IMG/VR virus record: IMGVR_UViG_3300009183_008543
Coordinates: 1 to 64,000 of that record
Source: a virus
Length of the DNA: 64,000 bases
Direction: 5' to 3' (one strand)
Shown here: piece after piece, positions 59,101 through 64,000 of the stretch
Position numbering within the stretch: position 1 is the first letter of the stretch
How the letters are laid out: each line of letters begins with the position of its first letter
The notes under the pieces: model-generated
Database searches by the model: none
Seen by the model: only the letters and a program-made list of their open reading frames with translations
Told to the model about the DNA's origin: nothing
Made by a program: the position numbers and the translations under genes

Positions 59101-60083
59101 CCAAAATTAGAAATAAGACTTTTTTCATATAAGTCATATCCTACTTCTGAAAATGGTCTGATTATTTCGCCATATCTTGAGGGTAAGTTCAATGAACCAG
59201 AAAGACCGTAAAAATTATTGCCATCCGGTGAAACTGAAATTTTTACAGTCGAACGCTGGTTATATCCATGATAGGCTCCATTATGAACATAACTGGTTGT
59301 ATTCAGAGCATAGGGTCCACCATAGAAAACACCAAAAGCCCATATCGTACTTTTCTTCTGGAATCTGAAAACATTGTTGCTTTCATAAAAACTCACATAG
59401 ATAAATTTCCCATCCGGAGAGAAAAACAAATCATCGGGACTCTGTTTTTCCGGAAGCCACTGGTAAGGATCTGCGTTGAATACCGAACCTTGGCTTATTT
59501 TTCCGTTCAAGGTATTTCTGTAATGAACTCCAATCTTATTGCTCACATTATCTGTCGCACAAAGATAATCTCCGGCTGGCGAAATGGCGATTTTAACTAG
59601 CGCCATGCCTATAGAATAAAATGTTTCGACATAAGTCAATAGACCAGTTCCTGTATTGCGATTGCAAACAAAAAAAGCATTGGATATACCATTGCCAAAA
59701 TAAATATTTTTATCGTCTGGCGAGATCGCACTGCAAATTCCCCCATATCCAAACAAAGCGGAGTAAGTCAACAAGCCAGTTGAAATGTTTCTATCGTAAA
59801 TCCTTGTCTGACCTGTTCCAATTACATAAACATTTTTTCCGTCTTGAGAAATCAAAAGTTTGGAATAGCTTGAAACTGGGTTTGCTGGATCTACTGGAGT
59901 CGTGCTGTTTAAAGTTAAAGTTCCAGTCAAAGTGTCACGATTGTAGATTAAAATCACAGAAGAATTGGAACTGTTGACATAGACATTTTTGCCGTCAGAA
60001 GAGATGCATCCAGATGTGGGCGCATCTCCAGCCGATATCACTCCATTTTCAATCAGATACCCAAGACTCCATCTGTCTGCCAT
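47124..60083 (-). CDS. Giant 4319-aa surface/virion fibre protein: two lactonase-like beta-propellers, 30 IPT/TIG domains, FN3-like domain, C-terminal anchor region
   Basis: ISPDGKN.Y propeller blades; about 85-aa repeats PTV.SVSPSSGSTLGGTSITITG.NFTGAT.VTIGG; TISWITNTPSTSRVVY FN3-like domain. Confidence 0.92.
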   Translation of the reverse strand: MADRWSLGYLIENGVISAGDAPTSGCISSDGKNVYVNSSNSSVILIYNRDTLTGTLTLNSTTPVDPANPVSSYSKLLISQDGKNVYVIGTGQTRIYDRNISTGLLTYSALFGYGGICSAISPDDKNIYFGNGISNAFFVCNRNTGTGLLTYVETFYSIGMALVKIAISPAGDYLCATDNVSNKIGVHYRNTLNGKISQGSVFNADPYQWLPEKQSPDDLFFSPDGKFIYVSFYESNNVFRFQKKSTIWAFGVFYGGPYALNTTSYVHNGAYHGYNQRSTVKISVSPDGNNFYGLSGSLNLPSRYGEIIRPFSEVGYDLYEKSLISNFGVNPQTGSFGKSIDIPTGIYPVDIIISSDGNSVYVINAAGDSLYSISNGEKTISMFNRGNGESTLSPLPQITSVFPSSGSTLGGTSITITGAYFTGATAVTIGGIADTGFKVVNSITITAIVPVNVAGPAIVLVTTPNGTNVTNNINIFQYEANALASVDIYPSGVSTLGNELVYITGPNFSGVTAVAVGGITATTFYGIDSKIIAVLVPPKTLGNAAISVTSQNTNITIDKNLTYFESESKPWLSQKQIVANDFSGLKSCISPDGMNIYALTFNSNFDSKISIYSKNFSTGLFSLDSNTSVGSLPVDICASPDGKNLYVLHRDKISMFYRDALTGLLIEGTSRISTGIKSPWANINPAAICITPNGKYVYVACNGQGGETTAPNNLDDPANYVSIAMFKRDSITGVLIGNFSMNRDLLFSNAFSLKYYGGQKRNNYGSGINGVYASPDGLRIYISGGGSISALGIIQDQVSQLQPAGTISFGIRRDLPQIGNIINDVAISSDSRFVYVNNNDKISIFDCISETTGGSWLTVSTTFDLNLTSPAGSGSCTSVCISPNGKNFYVGVNLSGYRKIIILNRNVSNGSLTKINTVQQNVSSYENPENIFVSPDGANVYVSVLNTKLNPTKYTSSLAVYDLTVSSPTPYIVFPSSGSKLGGTLIAINGANFTGTTAVTVGGVPVTSFTVVNSTTITATTSAGSAGAASILVTTASGTNNANSLFTYVAIPPSITNFLPVSGSTLGGTVITITGTDFIGATAVTVGGVSVTSFTVISLTTITATIAPRYAGNASIYITTPSGTNTGATLFTYAAIPPTVTSVSPSSGFVLGGTSITITGSNFTGATAVTIGISVASFIVVNSTTITAITATRAGYGGDLYPVGTASVLVLTPSGMNNPNNLFAYAIMIPTVTSVSPSSGSTLGGTFITITGTDLIGVTDVRIGGVQVTSFTVVNSTTITAVTAARSFGNVNVIVYNILGSGSPTVTNLFTYVAIPPTVSGVSPSSGSTLGGTSITITGTSFIGATAVTIGGVAATGFTVVNSNTITANIGARFAGISSVLVTTPSGRNGANSLFTYIVVPPIISSFSPSSGSTLGGTSIAIIGVNFTGATAVTIGGFPVASFIVVNSTSITAIVPAGPVGASSVMVTTAGGISHANSLFTYVVIPPTVASISPSSGSTFGGTSITITGANFTGATGVVIGGISVTSFTVVNSTTITATTSARSAGTASVLITTPSGTNGTNSFFTYAVPAPTVASISPSGGSTLGGTSITITGTSFTGATAVTIGSVSVASFTVVNSTTITAIISARSAGIVSVLITTPSGTNSANSLFTYSVVSPTVAGVSPSNASTFGGTSITITGTNFTGTTAVAIGEVLATSVIVVNSTTITAITSARSAGTVSVLVTTPSGTNGANSLLTYVIPTPTVASISPSSGSTLGGTSITITGANFTGATAIIIGGVLASSFTVVNSTTITAIASARSAGIVSVLVTTAGGTNTGTSLFTYAVVPPTVVGISPSTGFTSGGISITITGTDFTGATAVTIGGISVTSFTVVNSTIITAIIAANVAGTASVLVTTPSGTNDTNSLFTYIPAPTVASVSPSSGSTFGGTSVTIAGANFTGATAVAIGDISVTSFTVVNSTTITATIAANVAGYASLLVATPSGTNSPNSLFEYIVPAPVVTRVFPSGGSTFGGTLIAITGTYFADVISVTVGGVAVASFIVVNSTTITATISSRSSGTAETASVLVTTVGGASNANILFAYIVPAPTVSSVSPSSGSTLGGTSITITGVNFTGVKAVSIGGFSVASFIVVDSTTITATTSARSAGTASVLIITDGGGNGANSLFTYVVPAPTVASVSPSSGSISGGTSIAITGTNLTGATAVTIGGVSVITFTVVNSTTINAKIGSRTAGTASVLVTTAGGTNSANSLFTYVAPPPSINSISPSSGSTLGGTFITINGTNLTGTTAVTIGGIAATGFTVVNSTKVIMPFETVYSSNPAFLYEVDSDFFLGTDYPTSSPVSLRATLKVVKAGHLYISISWPYGDHTNAILASVQVNGVYVGASANVQASDSLMVNVNDLISFSFLARGQIGPSKNFLTSFCRIGLTVIGPTFITAITPANVAGLASVLVTTGGGTSDGNINHWFTYVAPAPTVSSVSPSSGSTLGGTSITITGANFTGATAVTIGGSPVSIFTVVNSTTITAIISARSAGIVSVLITTPSGTNSANSLFTYSVVPPTVASVSPYRGSTLGGTFITITGTNFTGTTEVTIGGIAVTEFTVVNSTTINATTDANVVGSASVLVTTPSGTNDANSLFEYIETSPTVSSVSPSSGSTLGGTSITITGENFTGTTEVTIGGIAVTEFTVVDSNTITATTDVNVVGSASVLVTTPSGTNDANSLFEYIETAPTVSSVSPSSGSTLGGTSITITGTYFTDATAVTIGGVAVTEFTVVDSTTITATTDANVAGSASVLVTTPSGTNDETTIFLYTLPISEIASVSPSSGSTLGGTSITITGTYFTDATAVTIGGVAVTEFTVVDSTTITATTDVNVAGSASVLVTTPSGTNDANSLFEYVLVLPVVSSVSPSSGSTLGGTSITITGTYFTDATAVTIGGVAVTEFTVVDSTTITATTDVNVAGSASVLVTTPSGTNEANSLFEYVVTTPTVSSVSPSSGSTLGGTSIAIIGTYFTDATEVTIGGVAVAEFTVVNSTAIVATTSANVVGSASVLVTTPSGTNEANSLFEYVETTPTVSSVSPSSGSILGGTSITITGTYFADVISVTIGGVAVIEFTVVDSTTITATTDANVAGSSSVLVTTPSGTNDANSFFEYIETSPTVASVSPSSGFTSGGALITITGTYFADVISVTIGGVAVIEFTVVDSTTITATTDVNIAGPASVLVTTLGGTNDANILFEYIENAPTVASVSPSSGSTLGGTFITITGENFTGTTEVTIGGIAVTEFTVVNPTTITATTDVNVAGTSSVLVIVPSGTNDANSLFEYVEVPPTVVSVSPSGGSTLGGTSIEITGENFTGTTEVTIGGIAVTEFTVVDSTTITAITGANVLGSSSVLVATPSGTNDANSLFEYIEVPPTVTSVYPSNGSISGGTSITITGENFTGTTEVTIGGIAVIEFTVVDSNTIIAITDSNVLGSASVLVTTPSGTNDANSLFEYALTFISDSENIIIFGTAIVNLNLSVIADGGVILSYESSISPKEPPVISAVSAISKATSTTTLITISWITNTPSTSRVVYDTVSRSGLGESPTYGYAYSTVEDSNLVFEHRVTISNLISGVKYYFRPISHGSPESIGEEISLTTLIPLVGSGEILISGNAICNSSINFVGNGKISLSYVAYTNPTVSVFFNFDFNFDIYKQFEFSQTFNFNVGELPLRTFRVVGVEYYNCDNIPFCAIPNGLNRMFQEIVARDLGEVCQFLTDVNWTWPIADIQRSIHPVNSFVAIGSTGIAINGLPVPSSNEFVSVPFSKIPECIPFTIVATTVVSMGIKTGIIELSYYEASGGITINSQANLERKYISSGNISTSGSSEVLCAFYIYVGDGNVYIDDSALISLSNYNYESSGSITLEGESIPVSPYYKYNTSGGITTSNESLVEFKLSFASTGLGYIYPSYAGVVVYGSADYPIKPYVDGLMYVYGNSIYSRNIYIFESLGTVSIGGSAKAISPYQSYEGSGTIILDGSIDIGIASFEIPVDDSVPITLGDAASTRDSIAGDFWYTSLLSPISLGGDSEYVVPGYAFDGSGSIYLSGTYDSPLNVDDISMGVITEIDFLEIAYAEDFVTDLAAITQNITTTCGNCDAIPETLYMRTNLGSANILQDFLLRNNLKIPESLQLFYNTITNSWQYSLHLRGIGSDNSNAQELWHINFDWSCISQYGEDVLSSSMWKFGLYAKRINLQTGSNTDARLFVLFPSEDLCNKFTSFGIDFTFDFHFRPEYVTNDLKINVDTFSYYDELNIFKGTYWDANDFVCRILDRNISLDTNIIDISSLRPEPQSQFYV
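49635..57190 (-). repeat. Tandem array of 28 IPT/TIG coding repeats (about 255 bp each)
   Basis: Counted from the translation; two more copies lie at about 58400-58900; boundaries approximate. Confidence 0.9.
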
Positions 60084-60108
60084 AACAATTGTTTCCTCTA
60101 TATGAAAA

Positions 60109-60834
60109 TCATACCTTCTTTTCTATTTCTGAAAACTTTTCTAATATATCAGCAATAAGTGGATGGCGAACTATATTGCATGGCTTGAATTTTATAACTC
60201 CAATTTTGCCAATTTCGCTCATTTTATTTACAACATCTGTTAACATAAAATTTCCATTTCTAATGTCTGATTGATCTGGATCTCCTGTGATAATCATTTT
60301 GCTATTCTTACCAAACCTTGTCATAAATAATTTAATTTGTGTTGTAGTTGCATTTTGAGCTTCATCGAAAATACATATAGCATCATTGAATGTTCTTCCC
60401 CTACAATATGCTATTGGTGCTATCTCTATAGCTTTATTTATAATTTCTTTTTCTGGACTTTCCTTTCCAATGCATCTGTCCATACAATCATACATTGGCA
60501 TCATGTATGGATTTAGCTTTTCTTCAAACGAGCCGGGAAGAAAACCAAGTGACTCACCAGATTCAACCACAGGTCTTGTAAGAACTATTTTTTCTCTCTT
60601 TTTCGCAAGAACTTCGCTAATAGCAAAGGCACAAGCTAATTGACTTTTCCCTGTTCCAGCTGGACCGATAAGAAATAAAACATCATATTGATCGAATGCA
60701 GCCCACGCATCTCTTTGAGCAGTATTTAAAAATTCAAATTTAAATCCAGACTCTACCTTACTTGCGTGTTTTGGTATATGTGGTTCATATTGTTTAGGTT
60801 TTCTATCTGTCTTCTTTTTTTTATATCTTGGCAT
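60109..60834 (-). CDS. phoH: PhoH family ATPase
   Basis: GPAGTGKS, LTRPVVE.GESLGFLPG, PIAYCRGRTF, DEAQN, ITGD..QSD, VRHPLI. Confidence 0.95.
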   Translation of the reverse strand: MPRYKKKKTDRKPKQYEPHIPKHASKVESGFKFEFLNTAQRDAWAAFDQYDVLFLIGPAGTGKSQLACAFAISEVLAKKREKIVLTRPVVESGESLGFLPGSFEEKLNPYMMPMYDCMDRCIGKESPEKEIINKAIEIAPIAYCRGRTFNDAICIFDEAQNATTTQIKLFMTRFGKNSKMIITGDPDQSDIRNGNFMLTDVVNKMSEIGKIGVIKFKPCNIVRHPLIADILEKFSEIEKKV

Positions 60835-60893
60835 TGATGGTGTCCATAAAAGGTAACTTGATAATCTATATATATCGATAGACAACACAAATA

Positions 60894-61352
60894 ATGAAGC
60901 ATAGGAAATTCATGATCAATTTAAATTTCAAAATGTTTTTTGAATCAGAAAAAAATGGTGATTTAAAAAAATTACTTAAAAAGATTCCTTCGAGCCACAA
61001 AGAACTGGTTAAAGATTTTAAGTTCAAATATACAAAAAATAACACCATAAATAGTAAGAATAAACATATAGGCGTGATTCACAAAGATAAAATTGAAGTT
61101 GCAGCACCATGGAATTACGGAAGGGAATTCACTACTCTTCACGAAATAGCACATATGGTTTGGGCATATAAGATGACAAATAAACTAAAAAAAGAATGGT
61201 CTAATATTGTAAAAAAAACCAAAAATAAACCACAAGATACAGATGAAGAGCTTTTCTGTCATTCTTATGCACAATATTATGCGAAGAATAAGTTGTTGAA
61301 ATTTGATATTCCAGAATGGAATAAATTTATCTCTAAAAAAATACCCGCTTAA
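60894..61352 (+). CDS. HEXXH zinc metallopeptidase-like protein
   Basis: TTLHEIAHMVW ... EELFCHSYA. Confidence 0.7.
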   Translation: MKHRKFMINLNFKMFFESEKNGDLKKLLKKIPSSHKELVKDFKFKYTKNNTINSKNKHIGVIHKDKIEVAAPWNYGREFTTLHEIAHMVWAYKMTNKLKKEWSNIVKKTKNKPQDTDEELFCHSYAQYYAKNKLLKFDIPEWNKFISKKIPA

Positions 61353-62074
61353 AGAGGTCTTGACTGCGTTTGACTTATCAATCTTGGTAATACAGAAACT
61401 GCCTCTTCTTGTAATTTTTCATATTCATTAATTCCAAGAGAGAAAATCTTATAGTGATGCAAGACTGGTGTACGCATAATTTGAGGTTTATGACCACGAG
61501 ATTGTGCTTTCATAGTCATTACAAAACTTGTTCCAATTTGTGGCAATTCTTCTGGCCAAGGTCCAATATCGCTCCAACAATCCCTTGTCATCATGATGCA
61601 ATGATCCATAATGAATCCTACATCTTGACTTCCAACTGTATAGGTTTGCGTATCAAGACCTATAAATCCAGATGATGTAGATTCAGCTACATTCAACAAA
61701 AGATCTAACCAACTTGGATTTGTAATAACAATATCACAATGCATAAAGATAAGATATTTAGAATTTTTATCAGATGCATTGGCACCCTTATTACAAGCTG
61801 CCGACCAATAAAGATTCTTTTCATTACGAACTACCTTAACAGTTCCTTCGATTTCATCAAGAAACTGTTGAGATTCTTTTTCGCTTCCATTATCAACAAC
61901 AATAATTTCATAATTAGAATTAAAACTAGTCACACAAATGCTTTGCAAAAGCAAATTGAGATATTCTGGTCTGTCTTTATGAACAACAATAATAGAAATT
62001 TGTTCATCGCTATAATTTTTCAATGAAACTGTCAGATCTGATCTTGATGTGTCTAAAATGCTTCCAGAACTCAT
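61349..62074 (-). CDS. GT2 family glycosyltransferase (partly degenerate)
   Basis: ISIIVV, IIVVDNGS, N.YWSAACNKG, FMHCD; no ED.D motif. Confidence 0.75.
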   Translation of the reverse strand: MSSGSILDTSRSDLTVSLKNYSDEQISIIVVHKDRPEYLNLLLQSICVTSFNSNYEIIVVDNGSEKESQQFLDEIEGTVKVVRNEKNLYWSAACNKGANASDKNSKYLIFMHCDIVITNPSWLDLLLNVAESTSSGFIGLDTQTYTVGSQDVGFIMDHCIMMTRDCWSDIGPWPEELPQIGTSFVMTMKAQSRGHKPQIMRTPVLHHYKIFSLGINEYEKLQEEAVSVLPRLISQTQSRPL

Positions 62075-62076
62075 AA

Positions 62077-62289
62077 TTAATTCTCCACTTCAATTTCAAA
62101 CACCGCACGGATACAGACACACTGAACTGGTCCTGTTGGAGTTTGAATTGTTTCTGCGTATTGTTTTGCTAATTTATTTACAGCCTCTTCTGCCTTATTT
62201 CTGGCACTAAAGGCTCTTTCTGGCTTTACAACAATGTATTCGCCTTCTACTTGTCTTGCGACACTGATAATTGCATAAAATTTTTCCAT
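62077..62289 (-). CDS. Hypothetical protein
   Basis: ORF in operon. Confidence 0.55.
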   Translation of the reverse strand: MEKFYAIISVARQVEGEYIVVKPERAFSARNKAEEAVNKLAKQYAETIQTPTGPVQCVCIRAVFEIEVEN

Positions 62290-62309
62290 AAAATAATTGA
62301 GTATGTTAT

Positions 62310-62888
62310 TTAAAATTCATCATTTGAAATTTCTTTTAATCCATAAGGAATTTTAATTTCTTCTTTTTTTTGCACAATTTCTTCTTGTTTTTGATCTTTT
62401 AAAATTTCTTCTTGTTTCGGAAAAATTTCAATTTCTTCTTGTTTTGAAACAATTTCTTCTTGTTTTTGAGTTTTATTTATTTCTGGCATGTCCATTTCAT
62501 CAAAATCATTTTTTATGCTTTTGATTGATGGCAAAGACATATTTTTTGGCTCTGGTTTTTTAAAATCGTCATTTAACGAATCTAATTTTTTGTAATTACT
62601 ATCACCTAATTCGCCAATAAATAAAGGACGACTTTTATGAGCAGCCTTCTGAGCAATTGCAAGATTATTTTGAAAGTTCTTCCCAAAATTAGAATAAGCA
62701 CTGTGTGGATATTTGCTTACCATTTTTTTAAGTTCTTCTTTTACTGTTTCATCGTAACCTCTCTTATCAATCCAAGCAAATATTTTATCTAATGTTAAAA
62801 TCCTAAAGTCACGATTTGGCTGTGTATCTTGATCATTTTTTAATTGCGTTACCTTAAATTTCATTGATTCTGCTGAGTGATCTGGCAT
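62310..62888 (-). CDS. Hypothetical protein with acidic KQEEI repeats
   Basis: K(Q/K)EEI x5 near the C-terminus. Confidence 0.6.
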   Translation of the reverse strand: MPDHSAESMKFKVTQLKNDQDTQPNRDFRILTLDKIFAWIDKRGYDETVKEELKKMVSKYPHSAYSNFGKNFQNNLAIAQKAAHKSRPLFIGELGDSNYKKLDSLNDDFKKPEPKNMSLPSIKSIKNDFDEMDMPEINKTQKQEEIVSKQEEIEIFPKQEEILKDQKQEEIVQKKEEIKIPYGLKEISNDEF

Positions 62889-62894
62889 AATTTC

Positions 62895-63215
62895 CTACTT
62901 TTTTGTTTTTTCATTTTGAACTGAAATATTTTCCATATCAGGAGTAAGACCAAAAAACGATTTGTCTCCCTGTCTTGCATGACTCATATTTTCAAAAATA
63001 TGTGCTGGAATTGCAAAATCTAAACTTTCTATCGAATTAGAACAATGTTTTACAAGTTCATTTTCTATAAATTCTTTTTTTTGCTGATCCATGCTTCCGA
63101 CAAAGAATACTTTTTTAGAAGTGTGTTCAAAAAAAACCAACACAGATTCCGAAGAATCTTCTTCTTTTAATGTTATTTGGAATGGAGTCAACATATTTAT
63201 TTCTGATATTTGCAT
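62895..63215 (-). CDS. Hypothetical protein
   Basis: ATG 63215 avoids overlap with the divergent gene. Confidence 0.5.
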   Translation of the reverse strand: MQISEINMLTPFQITLKEEDSSESVLVFFEHTSKKVFFVGSMDQQKKEFIENELVKHCSNSIESLDFAIPAHIFENMSHARQGDKSFFGLTPDMENISVQNEKTKK

Positions 63216-63235
63216 TGTAACTCGTAAATATAAAC

Positions 63236-63580
63236 ATGAAAAGTAATTTTTCCATGTACTGTAGATTACAAGAGTTATGTGAATCTCACTCTTTGTATAT
63301 TCCAGAAAATTTTGATTGGGTAAAACCATATTTGAGCTTACTGCCCAATTATGATTTGCAATTGCCCATTATAACCAGAAAGTCAAAGATTCACATGATT
63401 CAAAGAAATAAGAATCCAATAACAATACATTTCGAGAACGGAGGAAAAATGTATTGTAGTCACGATGAATTTCTTCGTTTGCCAAAAAATCTGGAGCTTG
63501 GGAAAACAATTGAATACACTCTTTTTGATCGTGGTTTCGATAAGCCCATGATCATAAAATCTTTTAAAATTATTTCTTAA
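63236..63580 (+). CDS. Hypothetical protein (possible OB-like C-terminus)
   Basis: MKSNFSMYCRLQE N-terminus; TAAATA upstream. Confidence 0.55.
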   Translation: MKSNFSMYCRLQELCESHSLYIPENFDWVKPYLSLLPNYDLQLPIITRKSKIHMIQRNKNPITIHFENGGKMYCSHDEFLRLPKNLELGKTIEYTLFDRGFDKPMIIKSFKIIS

Positions 63581-63773
63581 TCTTATTGATATCAATCTTA
63601 TCTGGATCAAATCCGGGAGAAAAAGGCGAAGGAGAGTATTCCCTTTGTAACTTTTGAATAACTCTATCCGCTACTTTATCTACAATGATTTTATTGCAAA
63701 CCAATAAAATAAAAATAAATGAAGCAATAATAACCACCGGAATAAACAATTTGTTTTCTGTAATGTCTTTCAT
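63570..63773 (-). CDS. Small single-TM protein
   Basis: AGGAG RBS; TM; YSPSPFSPGFDPDK tail. Confidence 0.6.
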   Translation of the reverse strand: MKDITENKLFIPVVIIASFIFILLVCNKIIVDKVADRVIQKLQREYSPSPFSPGFDPDKIDINKIKK

Positions 63774-63789
63774 AAGTCTCCTATATTAT

Positions 63790-64000
63790 CTATAAATATT
63801 TTTTTGTTTTTTCAATCCAATCTTGTCTTCTTTTGGAAACATGCTTTTCTTCAAATTCTGTAAGCTTTGCAACAATATCTTCATATTCTTGAGGCATATT
63901 TCTAGGAACATCAAGCTTTGGTATTATAAACATATCGCCCAATACAGATTTGCCACCCGGCAACCCCTTTCCAGCAATTCTAATTTGAGAATTTGGATAA
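63790..64000 (-). CDS. dnaJ: DnaJ chaperone, C-terminal part (5' end outside window)
   Basis: Manual translation: YPNSQIRIAGKGLPGGKSVLGDMFIIPKLDVPRNMPQEYEDIVAKLTEFEEKHVSKRRQDWIEKTKKYL*. Confidence 0.7.
   Translation of the reverse strand, partial: YPNSQIRIAGKGLPGGKSVLGDMFIIPKLDVPRNMPQEYEDIVAKLTEFEEKHVSKRRQDWIEKTKKYL

Noticed and set aside
1-64000. Stop-codon reassignment
   Set aside because: Known proteins are full length in the standard code, and TAA, TAG and TGA all end genes
1-64000. tRNA, tmRNA, rRNA or CsrB-like sRNA
   Set aside because: No cloverleaf or T-loop motif and no GGA-repeat tract seen in the short intergenic gaps; not tested with covariance models
1-64000. NCLDV or CPR bacterial origin
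   Set aside because: Sigma-70, CsrA, SD motifs and intrinsic terminators argue against NCLDV; lack of housekeeping operons and T4-like features argue against a cell

Overview
AT-rich, gene-dense, frequently strand-switching DNA with about 85 mostly short genes, many of them ORFans, and no core cellular metabolism. It is best read as part of a jumbo/huge tailed phage in the standard genetic code: PhoH, DUF5856, ClpX, DnaJ, four HNH proteins, T4-like (C/G/T)ATA(A/T)ATA late-promoter motifs, and T4-like capsid-targeting N-termini. Several genes look Planctomycetota-derived (sigma-70, two CsrA, nucleoid-type proteins, a zincin-like protein, a secreted Gly/Cys protein), suggesting a planctomycete host; this is from motif recall, not a search. 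Main themes: (1) a large glycan-modification arsenal (about 14 glycosyltransferase-like genes, 5 methyltransferases, a PaaK/CapK-like ligase) together with a 4319-aa Ser/Thr-rich protein carrying two beta-propellers and 30 IPT/TIG domains; (2) a host-takeover block (two sigma factors, two CsrA, orphan ParB, ClpX, nucleoid-like proteins) with candidate CsrA sites and a candidate pseudoknot switch in phage leaders; (3) an amidoligase, a gamma-glutamylcyclotransferase and an amidohydrolase; (4) a BCS1-like membrane AAA ATPase. A 52-aa ORF missing from the ORF track and a partial dnaJ were added, and several starts were corrected. No tRNA, rRNA, CRISPR array, integrase or reverse transcriptase was seen.
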